In this document: positions 1 through 7,023 of the stretch, in pieces
Position numbering within the stretch: the stretch's first letter is position 1
How the letters are laid out: every line of letters starts with the position of its first letter
Assembly: GCA_018675335.1 (NCBI GenBank)
Contig: JABGYH010000008.1
Span: 38,605 to 62,604, forward strand
Length of the DNA: 24,000 bases
DNA from: Candidatus Woesearchaeota archaeon
GTDB lineage: Archaea > Nanobdellota > Nanobdellia > Woesearchaeales > UBA11576
Reading direction: 5' to 3'
The notes under the pieces: generated by a model
What the model saw: only the letters and a program-made list of their open reading frames with translations
What the model was told of the DNA's origin: nothing
Databases searched by the model: none
Translations under genes and position numbers: made by a program

Positions 1-652
1 TAACTGAAATATTTTCATACAAATCGTGATTACCACTAACAAAAAAAGTTTTGGCATTCAATAATTTCAACTCAGGAACTCCTTTTTTTTGAGCAACTTT
101 AACTGAATCAAATAAATCTCCAGTAATTAAAACTAAATCAGGATTTTGAGCATTAGTTTTTTTAACAATTTTTTCTAAAAAATTAGAATTATGAATAACT
201 CCAAAATGAATATCAGATAATTGAACAATCTTAAGAGGTTTGTTAATATTTTCCAGTTCAATAGTTAGTTCATTAGTAACTATAAATTGCCCATTAATTA
301 TTGCCACAAGTGATACTGCCGCTACAATTGACAAAACAATAATTCCCCAAGTAATCGGAGACAGTTTAACAAACAACCTAATGATCTCATAAATGAGTAA
401 AGTAGATAATAAAAAAAACATAATCCCCATCCAAATAGAAGAAAACCAATTTAGAATTATCGTTAAATAATTATGAGACATTCTTGAACCAATAAATCCC
501 GCAGGAAGTAAAATTCCCAAAGAAATAATAATCCATTTTAATTGTGCAAATTTAAAAAAATGATTCAATCTAAAATAGATATAAAAATGAATTCCTCCAA
601 CAATTAGAAAAAAAATTAGAAATGCAAATATGAATCTTAAAATCATGCTCAT
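1..652 (-). CDS. membrane-anchored calcineurin-like metallophosphoesterase (N-terminal 217 codons; C-terminus lies beyond the window start)
   Basis: Minus-strand frame is open to the window edge, so it has no stop here and is absent from the ORF track. My translation from ATG at 652..650 gives MSMILRFIFAFLIFFLIVGG..., with about four hydrophobic helices. It continues ...IVQLSDIHFG...LVLITGDLFD...FFVSGNHDLYENI. DxH, GDxxD and GNHD are the first three metallophosphoesterase motifs, in the correct order. Confidence 0.8.
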   Translation of the reverse strand, partial: MSMILRFIFAFLIFFLIVGGIHFYIYFRLNHFFKFAQLKWIIISLGILLPAGFIGSRMSHNYLTIILNWFSSIWMGIMFFLLSTLLIYEIIRLFVKLSPITWGIIVLSIVAAVSLVAIINGQFIVTNELTIELENINKPLKIVQLSDIHFGVIHNSNFLEKIVKKTNAQNPDLVLITGDLFDSVKVAQKKGVPELKLLNAKTFFVSGNHDLYENISV

Positions 653-781
653 ACAACCAAATTATTCATTTTATTATTTAAAAGTTTGGACTTTGCGAAA
701 AAATTTCAAGATTATTGCATTTTTTTCGGTTATTTCTACTGAAAATTAATTAGACTGCAAAGCTTGTTTAAAACCAAAAGA

Positions 782-831
782 TTTAAATAATTTGGTTAAG
801 TATACTGAACTGGGTGTTCAGAATTTTGAAC
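782..831 (+). promoter_or_regulatory. putative TATA box (TTTAAATA, 782-789) plus operator-like array of TGAAC half-sites (805-831)
   Basis: cTGAAC(805-810)-tgggt-GTTCAg(816-821) and GTTCA(816-820)-gaattt-TGAAC(827-831) are two overlapping inverted repeats that share the middle half-site. They sit where a transcript started about 26 nt after the TATA centre would begin, 5 nt before the ATG at 836. Confidence 0.4.
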
Positions 832-835
832 TAAA

Positions 836-1096
836 ATGAATGCTGCATTTAAATCAACATTAATATTTTTGTTAAACAAACATTATATTGGGGGAAAACA
901 TTTTCCAGAGAATAAATTAATAATTTCTCGCACCAAATGGTTAACAAAACAAGAACAAAAAGAATTTAATAAAGAATATAAGCAGATTAGATATTGCCTC
1001 ATTATTTTAAAGAAAAAAACAGGAAAAGGAATTGATTGGCATATTAGTTTAAATCCCTCAAAATTACAAGAAATAAAAAAATTATTGGAGATATAA
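836..1096 (+). CDS. small hypothetical protein (86 aa), first gene of a two-gene operon
   Basis: ORF-track frame. Its stop overlaps the next start (TAATG at 1094-1098), which suggests translational coupling. I recognise no motif. Confidence 0.5.
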   Translation: MNAAFKSTLIFLLNKHYIGGKHFPENKLIISRTKWLTKQEQKEFNKEYKQIRYCLIILKKKTGKGIDWHISLNPSKLQEIKKLLEI

Positions 1097-1422
1097 TGAA
1101 CCAAAATGAATATGGTGCTTTTTGTGAGCTATATGGAAAAACACTCAGAAATAAAGTTTTAGAACAAATATTAGAACGAGGTAGGTTAGATTTTGCAGTA
1201 AGTGATTTATTAGAAGAAATAAATATTTCAAAACCTAAATTATATGAAATAATTAGAGAATTAGAAGAGACCAACATACTAGTTAAATCAAGAATTGTTG
1301 GCCCAACACAATTATTTTTGTTAAATACAAACTCTCAAAAAGTAAGACTTTTAAATAAAAATTTCAAAGAGTGCTTAAAATTAATTATTGAGACAGTTAC
1401 CACAATAAAAGTATCAACTTAG
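1096..1422 (+). CDS. small winged-helix DNA-binding protein (ArsR/TrmB-like wHTH)
   Basis: The segment VSDLLEEINISKPKLYEIIRELEETNILVKSRIVGPTQLFLLN has the helix-turn-helix plus beta-wing pattern of archaeal wHTH regulators. The gene is coupled to the upstream ORF. Confidence 0.65.
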   Translation: MNQNEYGAFCELYGKTLRNKVLEQILERGRLDFAVSDLLEEINISKPKLYEIIRELEETNILVKSRIVGPTQLFLLNTNSQKVRLLNKNFKECLKLIIETVTTIKVST

Positions 1423-1788
1423 TTTAAAACAATCCTTACAAATGAATTCCGATGAGTCCCACTTAATACCAACTTCTTTGTTAAATTTGTTTTTACATTT
1501 AACACACATAAAGTATTTAGAAATAGGTTTGAATTCTAAATCATTAATAGATATTGTTTTTTCAAGTTCAATTGTCGCGTTATCTAAATCATCTTTTGAT
1601 TTTAAATTAAGAAATTCACAAACTTCATCTTTATGTGCAAAATGCCAAACAACCTTTTCTCCTCTTCTTGGAATTACTTCTTTTTTACAAAAAGGACAAT
1701 AAAATTCTTTAGACTCAGGCGGAATTGAATCAACATGAATAGAATTATTATTTTGATCCAATGCTTTGACTACCTGACGAGATTTCAT
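1414..1788 (-). CDS. double zinc-ribbon protein with a CoiA-N-terminal-like motif and no nuclease domain
   Basis: YCPFCKKEVIPRRGEKVVWHFAHK matches the CxxC...HFAH zinc-ribbon signature of the CoiA N-terminal region. A second CxxC...CxxC pair follows (CVKCKNKF...FICKDC). The 3' end overlaps the convergent wHTH gene by 9 nt. Confidence 0.6.
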   Translation of the reverse strand: MKSRQVVKALDQNNNSIHVDSIPPESKEFYCPFCKKEVIPRRGEKVVWHFAHKDEVCEFLNLKSKDDLDNATIELEKTISINDLEFKPISKYFMCVKCKNKFNKEVGIKWDSSEFICKDCFKLS

Positions 1789-1815
1789 TTATTTTAAAAA
1801 AAAATAAGAAAAAAA

Positions 1816-2331
1816 TTAAAAATCTTCAGGCTCATAATATTCCTTAGGATGTTTACATGCAGGACAAACATTAGGAGGTTCTGTACCATTGTGAACAAAC
1901 CCACATTTTGAACATTTCCAATTAATAGGTTCCGATCTTTTAAAAACAGAATCATTTTCGAGCAAAGTTAGAAGTCTTTTGTATCTGTTACTATGTTCTT
2001 TTTCAACTTTAGCAATAGATCTAAATAATGCTGCAGCGTCCATATTTCCTTCTTCTTCTGCTTCTTTTGCAAAAGTAGGATACATCTCATCAGTCTCGTA
2101 ATCTTCACCTTCGATTGCTGCTTTTAAATTTTCTTTTGTTGAATTAATTCCGTTTAGAAGTTTGAATTCATCTTTTGCATGTTGAACCTCATTCATTGCA
2201 GTTTCTTCAAAAATTTTTGCAATATAATGATAACCTTCTTTTCTTGCAATCTTAGCAAAATAAGTATATTTGTTTCTAGCTTGACTTTCACCAGCAAATG
2301 CTGCTTTTAAATTTTCTTCAGTTTTAGACAT
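1816..2331 (-). CDS. rbr: rubrerythrin
   Basis: The protein has a ferritin-like diiron domain (EENLKAAFAGESQARNKYTYFA...EVQHA...EKEH) and a C-terminal rubredoxin-type CxxC...CxxC (CSKCGF...CPACKHP). The track starts at GTG 2340. GGTGAT lies 5 nt upstream of ATG 2331, so I prefer 2331 as the start. Confidence 0.93.
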   Translation of the reverse strand: MSKTEENLKAAFAGESQARNKYTYFAKIARKEGYHYIAKIFEETAMNEVQHAKDEFKLLNGINSTKENLKAAIEGEDYETDEMYPTFAKEAEEEGNMDAAALFRSIAKVEKEHSNRYKRLLTLLENDSVFKRSEPINWKCSKCGFVHNGTEPPNVCPACKHPKEYYEPEDF

Positions 2332-2347
2332 AATAATCACCTTTTTT

Positions 2348-2387
2348 ACTGACCATAAATTTTAGACTTCCAGGAAATTTAGTCAGT
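2348..2387. promoter_or_regulatory. imperfect inverted repeat in the rubrerythrin promoter/5' region (candidate operator)
   Basis: ACTGACcaTAAATTT (2348-2362), then a 12-nt spacer, then AAATTTAGTCAGT (2375-2387). The arms match except for a 2-nt bulge. The repeat lies between A/T-rich TATA candidates (2390-2410) and the rbr Shine-Dalgarno sequence. Confidence 0.35.
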
Positions 2388-2440
2388 TTAAATATTAGAA
2401 TTATAAAATAAATGAATCGATATAAATGTTTTGGTCAAAA

Positions 2441-3112
2441 TTATCTTTTATTTAAGAAGTTATCAATCATATGAGGAAAAAGTTTTGCTTCTGCTTTTCT
2501 TAAGTTTTCTTGAAACGTTCGTCGCTTAATGTTTTTATTTTTGGCAATGTCTTGAAGCTTAACTGTTCTAGGCCATTTGTAGTAACCACCATCAAACGCA
2601 GATGTTAACGCAGTTAATTGTTTTTGAGTTAATGAATACTCAACAGACGGTTCATCAAAATCTTTCACACTCATAACTTTAACTTCCCCAATAGAACTAA
2701 GTTCAGATAAAAGTTTAATAGAATCTTTTGGTTTTTCGCTTGCAAGCGTATGAATTTCTAAAGCTTTTTCTTGAACGATTGGACCAATAGGAAAACAATC
2801 ATTTTTCAGAACAGAATCATATGAACTCGTAGGACTTTGAAATTGAATAAAAACATAAGATTTATTTCCAAATTGTTTGAATATTTTACATTTATTTATC
2901 GAAGGAATTGTTTTTAAATACTCAAGATAATCAATCATTTCAGTTTGAGTGTCTGCTGCTATTTTAAAAAAAGAATTAACTAAAGTTCCTTTATCAGATT
3001 TATTTTGAATACCAATAGCACCTAATTCAACCATAGAAATATGTGGAAAATTCTCAGTACTAAAGCTTCCCCAACAATCATGATGGTAAACACCCACTTT
3101 AATTTGTTTCAT
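2441..3112 (-). CDS. HTH_10 (bacterio-opsin activator-like, COG3413-type) transcriptional regulator
   Basis: The C-terminus LTQKQLTALTSAFDGGYYKWPRTVKLQDIAKNKNIKRRTFQENLRKAEAKLF is the classic HTH_10 pattern (LTxxQxxxLxxAxxxGYYxxPR...LRxAExK). The N-terminal VGVYHHDCW segment is typical of this family. GAGGT lies 5 nt before ATG 3112, whereas the track starts at TTG 3124. Confidence 0.8.
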   Translation of the reverse strand: MKQIKVGVYHHDCWGSFSTENFPHISMVELGAIGIQNKSDKGTLVNSFFKIAADTQTEMIDYLEYLKTIPSINKCKIFKQFGNKSYVFIQFQSPTSSYDSVLKNDCFPIGPIVQEKALEIHTLASEKPKDSIKLLSELSSIGEVKVMSVKDFDEPSVEYSLTQKQLTALTSAFDGGYYKWPRTVKLQDIAKNKNIKRRTFQENLRKAEAKLFPHMIDNFLNKR

Positions 3113-3226
3113 AAAATACCTCAATTATTTTATCATTTATAAGCTTTTCGGTTTTTACCACTTAGCAGGAGTTAACTTGCCAAATGTCATTAAAGTCACT
3201 TAAAACTAGGTTTGTCCCTGAAAGGG

Positions 3227-4396
3227 ATGAAGATTTATCCAAACGTAACAGAATCAGACAAAGAAATACAATCCAGTTTTATTCCTCGGCCCGCAGATTG
3301 GACTTTAACTTTAGATGACTTAGAAGAACGAGTTGATGGAATTCGAGCACTAAAACATATGGACATAGAATTTGCACCTAATGACTTAATAGATACTGGA
3401 TTCTCACAATATCCTTGCGAACATAATTGTCCAAGATGTTTTAATAAAGATGAAGTTTATTCAGACTCTAAAAAATTACTGAAACACGACGAAGTGCTTT
3501 TTGTGTTGAAAGATGCGCAAGAAATTGGTCTTGAGTCTGTGAAATTTTTGGGTCCGGGAGAATTTTTAGAAAATCCTGAAATGTTTTTGATATTGGACAA
3601 ATTAAGTGAAATGGGATTGAATATTTCTATTTTTACCAAAGGTGCGGAACTAGCAGATGATTCATTATCTCAAAAATATCAAGGAATTAATTCTCGCGAG
3701 TTAGTTGAGAGATTAACAAGTTATGATATTGTACGAATAATATTAGGATGTGATACGTTTGATTCAGAATTACAACAAAGATTAATTGGAACAAAAATTA
3801 AAGACTATGCATTGAAACGCAACATTGCTATTGAACGTTTAGTTGACGCAGGACTTACAAAAGACTTACAAAGATTAACATTTGTGTCTACCGGACTTGA
3901 TCCTGAATATGTAGATTGCGCAGTTGAAGTTTATTTATGGGCAGCTAAACGAAATATTCCTACAATTACTGCGCCAAGCATGGACTCGGGAAAAGGAAAA
4001 CGATTAACCAAACAACTAACTTCATACAAAGGATTGAATAACGTTGTTAATTTTTATGTTCAAATCTATAAAGCTGCAATTGATAATGGTTTTATGACCT
4101 TGAATCAAATTCGCCAAGAAGGAGTATCCCCTTACGCCGCATCGGCACCTTGTAATCAAGTATCAGGAGGACTTTATTTACGCTTAAATGGAGATGTACA
4201 ACTTTGTCCTGGTCGACGAGATGCATCAACAATTTATGGTAACACTCATGATACCTCCATTCGAGAAATATGGGTTAATAGTCCTAATTATAAAATGGGA
4301 CCTAAATTTAATAATTGGTGCCCAGCAAAAACAAGAATATTAACTAATTCAGTTAGAGAAAAAATACTCGATGAACTCACAGATCAAACTCTCTGA
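3227..4396 (+). CDS. radical SAM enzyme with a C-terminal twitch-like (partial SPASM) Cys segment; substrate unknown
   Basis: CxxxCxxC is present as C-E-H-N-C-P-R-C at nt 3416-3439. GPGEFLENPE occupies the position of the GGEPLL motif. The C-terminal CNQVSGGLYLRLNGDVQLCPG...NWCPAK contains only three Cys. The track starts at TTG 3212; the first ATG is 3227. Confidence 0.8.
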   Translation: MKIYPNVTESDKEIQSSFIPRPADWTLTLDDLEERVDGIRALKHMDIEFAPNDLIDTGFSQYPCEHNCPRCFNKDEVYSDSKKLLKHDEVLFVLKDAQEIGLESVKFLGPGEFLENPEMFLILDKLSEMGLNISIFTKGAELADDSLSQKYQGINSRELVERLTSYDIVRIILGCDTFDSELQQRLIGTKIKDYALKRNIAIERLVDAGLTKDLQRLTFVSTGLDPEYVDCAVEVYLWAAKRNIPTITAPSMDSGKGKRLTKQLTSYKGLNNVVNFYVQIYKAAIDNGFMTLNQIRQEGVSPYAASAPCNQVSGGLYLRLNGDVQLCPGRRDASTIYGNTHDTSIREIWVNSPNYKMGPKFNNWCPAKTRILTNSVREKILDELTDQTL

Positions 4397-4414
4397 ACTC
4401 ACAGATCAAACTCT
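4372..4414. repeat. perfect 21-bp tandem direct repeat (period 22): TGAACTCACAGATCAAACTCT at 4372-4392 and 4394-4414
   Basis: Read directly from the sequence. Copy 1 encodes the last codons of the radical SAM gene (..DELTDQTL). Copy 2 begins with that gene's TGA stop and, on the other strand, encodes the last codons and stop of the convergent wHTH gene (..IEEFDL*). Confidence 0.9.
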
Positions 4415-4683
4415 TCAATGAAACCAATTATTGTTTTGTATTTTTCTAAGTATTTGAAACCCGAGTCGGTTAATGTTATGAATTTTTTACCCTTTTTATC
4501 CTCAGATTCACGAATGAGTTGTTTATTAATAAGTTCGGAATAGTATTCTGCAAATCTTTGAGAAGATAAATTAGAATATCTCAAGAGAGGAGTTGGTTTA
4601 ATATTATTTTTATTATTCCTAACAGTATTTAATATGTCATAAATAACCTCCAACCTATCTCTTTTCTTACTCATCTTATCCAC
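4399..4683 (-). CDS. small winged-helix regulator (HTH_45/PF14947-like)
   Basis: RDRLEVIYDILNTV...KPTPLLRYSNLSSQRFAEYYSELINKQLI...ITLTDSGFKYLEKY follows the pattern of the archaeal ~90-aa wHTH family. The start overlaps the upstream membrane-protein gene by 13 nt, which indicates an operon. Confidence 0.7.
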   Translation of the reverse strand: MDKMSKKRDRLEVIYDILNTVRNNKNNIKPTPLLRYSNLSSQRFAEYYSELINKQLIRESEDKKGKKFITLTDSGFKYLEKYKTIIGFIEEFDL

Positions 4684-5330
4684 TTAAATAATTTATGAAT
4701 TAATACTATGAAAACTACTAATGAAAATATTTGAAACAATAATGTAATATCAAACGGTAAAATTCTTTTTGGACTTAGCACAAATAAATTAATTAACCAA
4801 AATAATGAAATCAAAACGTAAATGGCTTTTGCAGAATAATTTTTCTTTTTAGTATCAGAAATATTTGCAACTATCACAAACAGTAACAAAGGTAATTGAA
4901 CCAATGCAATAATCATAGGCGCATGCGTAAATAATGAAATTACTGCGACCAATACAGAAACAGAATAAGCCACAATCAAAAAAGAATTATACTTAAATTT
5001 TTTCCAATTAGTACTATACACCAAATAAAATATAGCTAAAGTACTAAAAAACGCAGTTAGTGTTAAAACAATAGGTCCAAAAAATCTCGGACGAATAAAT
5101 AAATCTAAAGTTATTATGCTTAATTGAATGCCATGAAAAATAAATCTGGTTAAGTATGCTGCACCGAATAACAAAAAAGAATTACGGAAATACTCAATTC
5201 CCCTGTGTTTAGTTAACACATACATTTCTTTAGTTTTAAAATAAACAAGAAGACATAAAAATACAATTATTAGCGTATAAACTAAATCAATACCAAAATG
5301 CAATGGATTAAATAAATGATGCGGGGGCAT
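4671..5330 (-). CDS. polytopic membrane protein (about 7 predicted helices), unknown function
   Basis: Hydrophobic ~20-aa stretches run throughout the protein. GGTGA lies 5 nt upstream of ATG 5330, whereas the track starts at GTG 5339. The gene is co-oriented with and overlaps the wHTH gene. Confidence 0.65.
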   Translation of the reverse strand: MPPHHLFNPLHFGIDLVYTLIIVFLCLLVYFKTKEMYVLTKHRGIEYFRNSFLLFGAAYLTRFIFHGIQLSIITLDLFIRPRFFGPIVLTLTAFFSTLAIFYLVYSTNWKKFKYNSFLIVAYSVSVLVAVISLFTHAPMIIALVQLPLLLFVIVANISDTKKKNYSAKAIYVLISLFWLINLFVLSPKRILPFDITLLFQIFSLVVFIVLIHKLFKWIR

Positions 5331-5431
5331 TATTATCACCTTATATTCATAACAAATATTTAAAATTATAGATAACTTTTTTAAAAAATTAAATTATTAA
5401 TTATATTATACAAATTATCTCAAAGAGAACT

Positions 5432-5451
5432 TTGAATTCAATATTATTGAA
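5432..5451. promoter_or_regulatory. overlapping palindromes TTGAATTCAA (5432-5441) and TTCAATA-T-TATTGAA (5437-5451) in a divergent promoter region
   Basis: Read directly from the sequence. They lie between the membrane/wHTH operon (start 5330, minus) and the secreted-protein gene (start 5593, plus). This is a candidate binding site for the adjacent wHTH protein. Confidence 0.3.
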
Positions 5452-5592
5452 GACTTGTTTTCTTACAAGAGATAATTATTCGAAGTTAGCTATATAAATA
5501 AAATGGACTTAAGATGCACATTTTACCTTCTTCTCACTTATAAAACATGCAAGTCTTAGTTAGCTTAACACAAATTGGAGGTGTTAGACAAA

Positions 5593-6180
5593 ATGAAAAA
5601 AATAGCAATATTGGGAATTTTAGCATTACTTGTTGTAAGCGTAGTTGCAGCAAGCGCATACGCATTCCCGTTCGGACAAAAAACTATGCAAAATACAGAA
5701 TTACAAAATGCACTCGATACTGGAGACTACACCACATACTTGGACAGTTTTGAAGAAAGTGATCTACCTTTCATGAAATATAAACTTACAGAAGACCAGT
5801 TCAATGAACGAGTTGTAAAACACGAACAAAGAGATGACCACAGAGAACAAGTAAAAGCTGCAGTTGAATCTGGAGATTATGAAACTTGGAACTCCCTTGT
5901 AATTGAAAAAAACCCAGAAATGGCTGAAAAAATTACATCAGATAACTTTGACAAATTACAAGAATTACATGAACTAAAAGAACAAGCAAGAGAACTTGCA
6001 GAAGAACTTGGACTTGATGAACTTGAAGGCCCACACAGAATGAATAAAGGACTTGAACAAGGACAAAACGGACAAAACCAAATGGGACAGAACCAAATGG
6101 GACAAGGTCAAAAAGGACAAGGCATGCGTCAAGGACTTGGACAAGCAAATCATAAAGGTCAATGCGGAATGCAAAATTAA
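5593..6180 (+). CDS. secreted or membrane-tethered acidic helical protein with a Gln/Gly/Asn/Met-rich repeat tail
   Basis: GGAGGTG lies 9 nt before ATG 5593. The N-terminus MKKIAILGILALLVVSVVAASAYA looks like a signal peptide. There is an internal duplication (ALDTGDYTTY / AVESGDYETW). The tail is GQNGQNQMGQNQMGQGQKGQGMRQGLGQ. Confidence 0.7.
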   Translation: MKKIAILGILALLVVSVVAASAYAFPFGQKTMQNTELQNALDTGDYTTYLDSFEESDLPFMKYKLTEDQFNERVVKHEQRDDHREQVKAAVESGDYETWNSLVIEKNPEMAEKITSDNFDKLQELHELKEQARELAEELGLDELEGPHRMNKGLEQGQNGQNQMGQNQMGQGQKGQGMRQGLGQANHKGQCGMQN

Positions 6181-6181
6181 A

Positions 6182-6201
6182 TTTTTTTATTTTTAATTTT
6201 T
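6182..6201 (+). terminator. oligo-T tract (archaeal-type terminator candidate)
   Basis: TTTTTTTATTTTTAATTTTT follows the stop at 6180 directly. Confidence 0.4.
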
Positions 6202-6297
6202 AAATTACTTTTTCTAAAATATACACTTAAAATCCATTTAGTTTATAAATAATAATATATTAAATTATACAATCATCAAATCATACAATCAAGAAAA

Positions 6298-7023
6298 ATG
6301 GTTAAATCTAAAAAAAGAAATACAAATGAAGTACTCTTAAAATTAGATAGTGTTTCAAAAATTTATCAAATGGGAGAATTCCAAGTACCCGCATTAAAAA
6401 GTGTTTCTTTAGAAATAAAAAAAGGAGAATTCGTAGCAATTATTGGCGCATCAGGCAGTGGAAAATCAACCATGATGAATCTTATAGGTTGTTTGGACAT
6501 ACCCACAAAAGGATTAATTAATTTAAAGAATCAAAACATAACTAAATTAAGTGAATCAAACTTAGCAACACTAAGAGGTAAAACAATAGGATTTATTTTT
6601 CAACAATACAACTTAATTCAATCAATGACTGCGTTTGAAAATGTTATGCTTCCTTTAGAATTTCTTGAATATGAGGATTCAATTGCAGCAAAAAAAACAA
6701 GAGACATTCTCAAATTAGTAGGATTATCAGATAAAGCTCACCATTTACCCTCCCAATTATCAGGCGGCCAACAACAAAGAGTGTCTATTGCAAGAAGTTT
6801 AGTTGGAGATCCCGAAATAATTTTAGCAGATGAGCCAACAGGAGCACTCGATAGCAAAACAGGAAAAGAAATACTAGAATTATTAAAAAAATTATGGAAA
6901 GAAGAACAAAAAACAATAATTTTAGTAACACATGATATGAATTTAGCAAAATATGCTCATAAAATTGTCGAACTTAAAGACGGCGAAATAATTAAAATTC
7001 ACAATCGAGAGGTAAAAAAATGA
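6298..7023 (+). CDS. ABC transporter ATP-binding protein (MacB/LolD/FtsE-like)
   Basis: Walker A GASGSGKST, Q-loop, signature LSGGQQQRVSIAR, Walker B IILADEPTGALD and H-loop VTHD are all present. The gene overlaps the next gene by ATGA. Confidence 0.93.
   Translation: MVKSKKRNTNEVLLKLDSVSKIYQMGEFQVPALKSVSLEIKKGEFVAIIGASGSGKSTMMNLIGCLDIPTKGLINLKNQNITKLSESNLATLRGKTIGFIFQQYNLIQSMTAFENVMLPLEFLEYEDSIAAKKTRDILKLVGLSDKAHHLPSQLSGGQQQRVSIARSLVGDPEIILADEPTGALDSKTGKEILELLKKLWKEEQKTIILVTHDMNLAKYAHKIVELKDGEIIKIHNREVKK

Noticed and set aside
5547-5753. 68-aa plus-strand ORF overlapping the secreted-protein gene in another frame
   Set aside because: The overlapping frame (5593..6180) has a strong SD and a signal peptide. 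This frame has neither.
6267-6295. Direct 9-mer repeat ATACAATCA (twice, 15 nt apart) just upstream of the ABC ATPase start, and AGTTGGAT twice at 8348-8368
   Set aside because: These are short, AT-rich and present in only two copies each, within what chance allows. No palindromic or phased structure supports a regulatory role.
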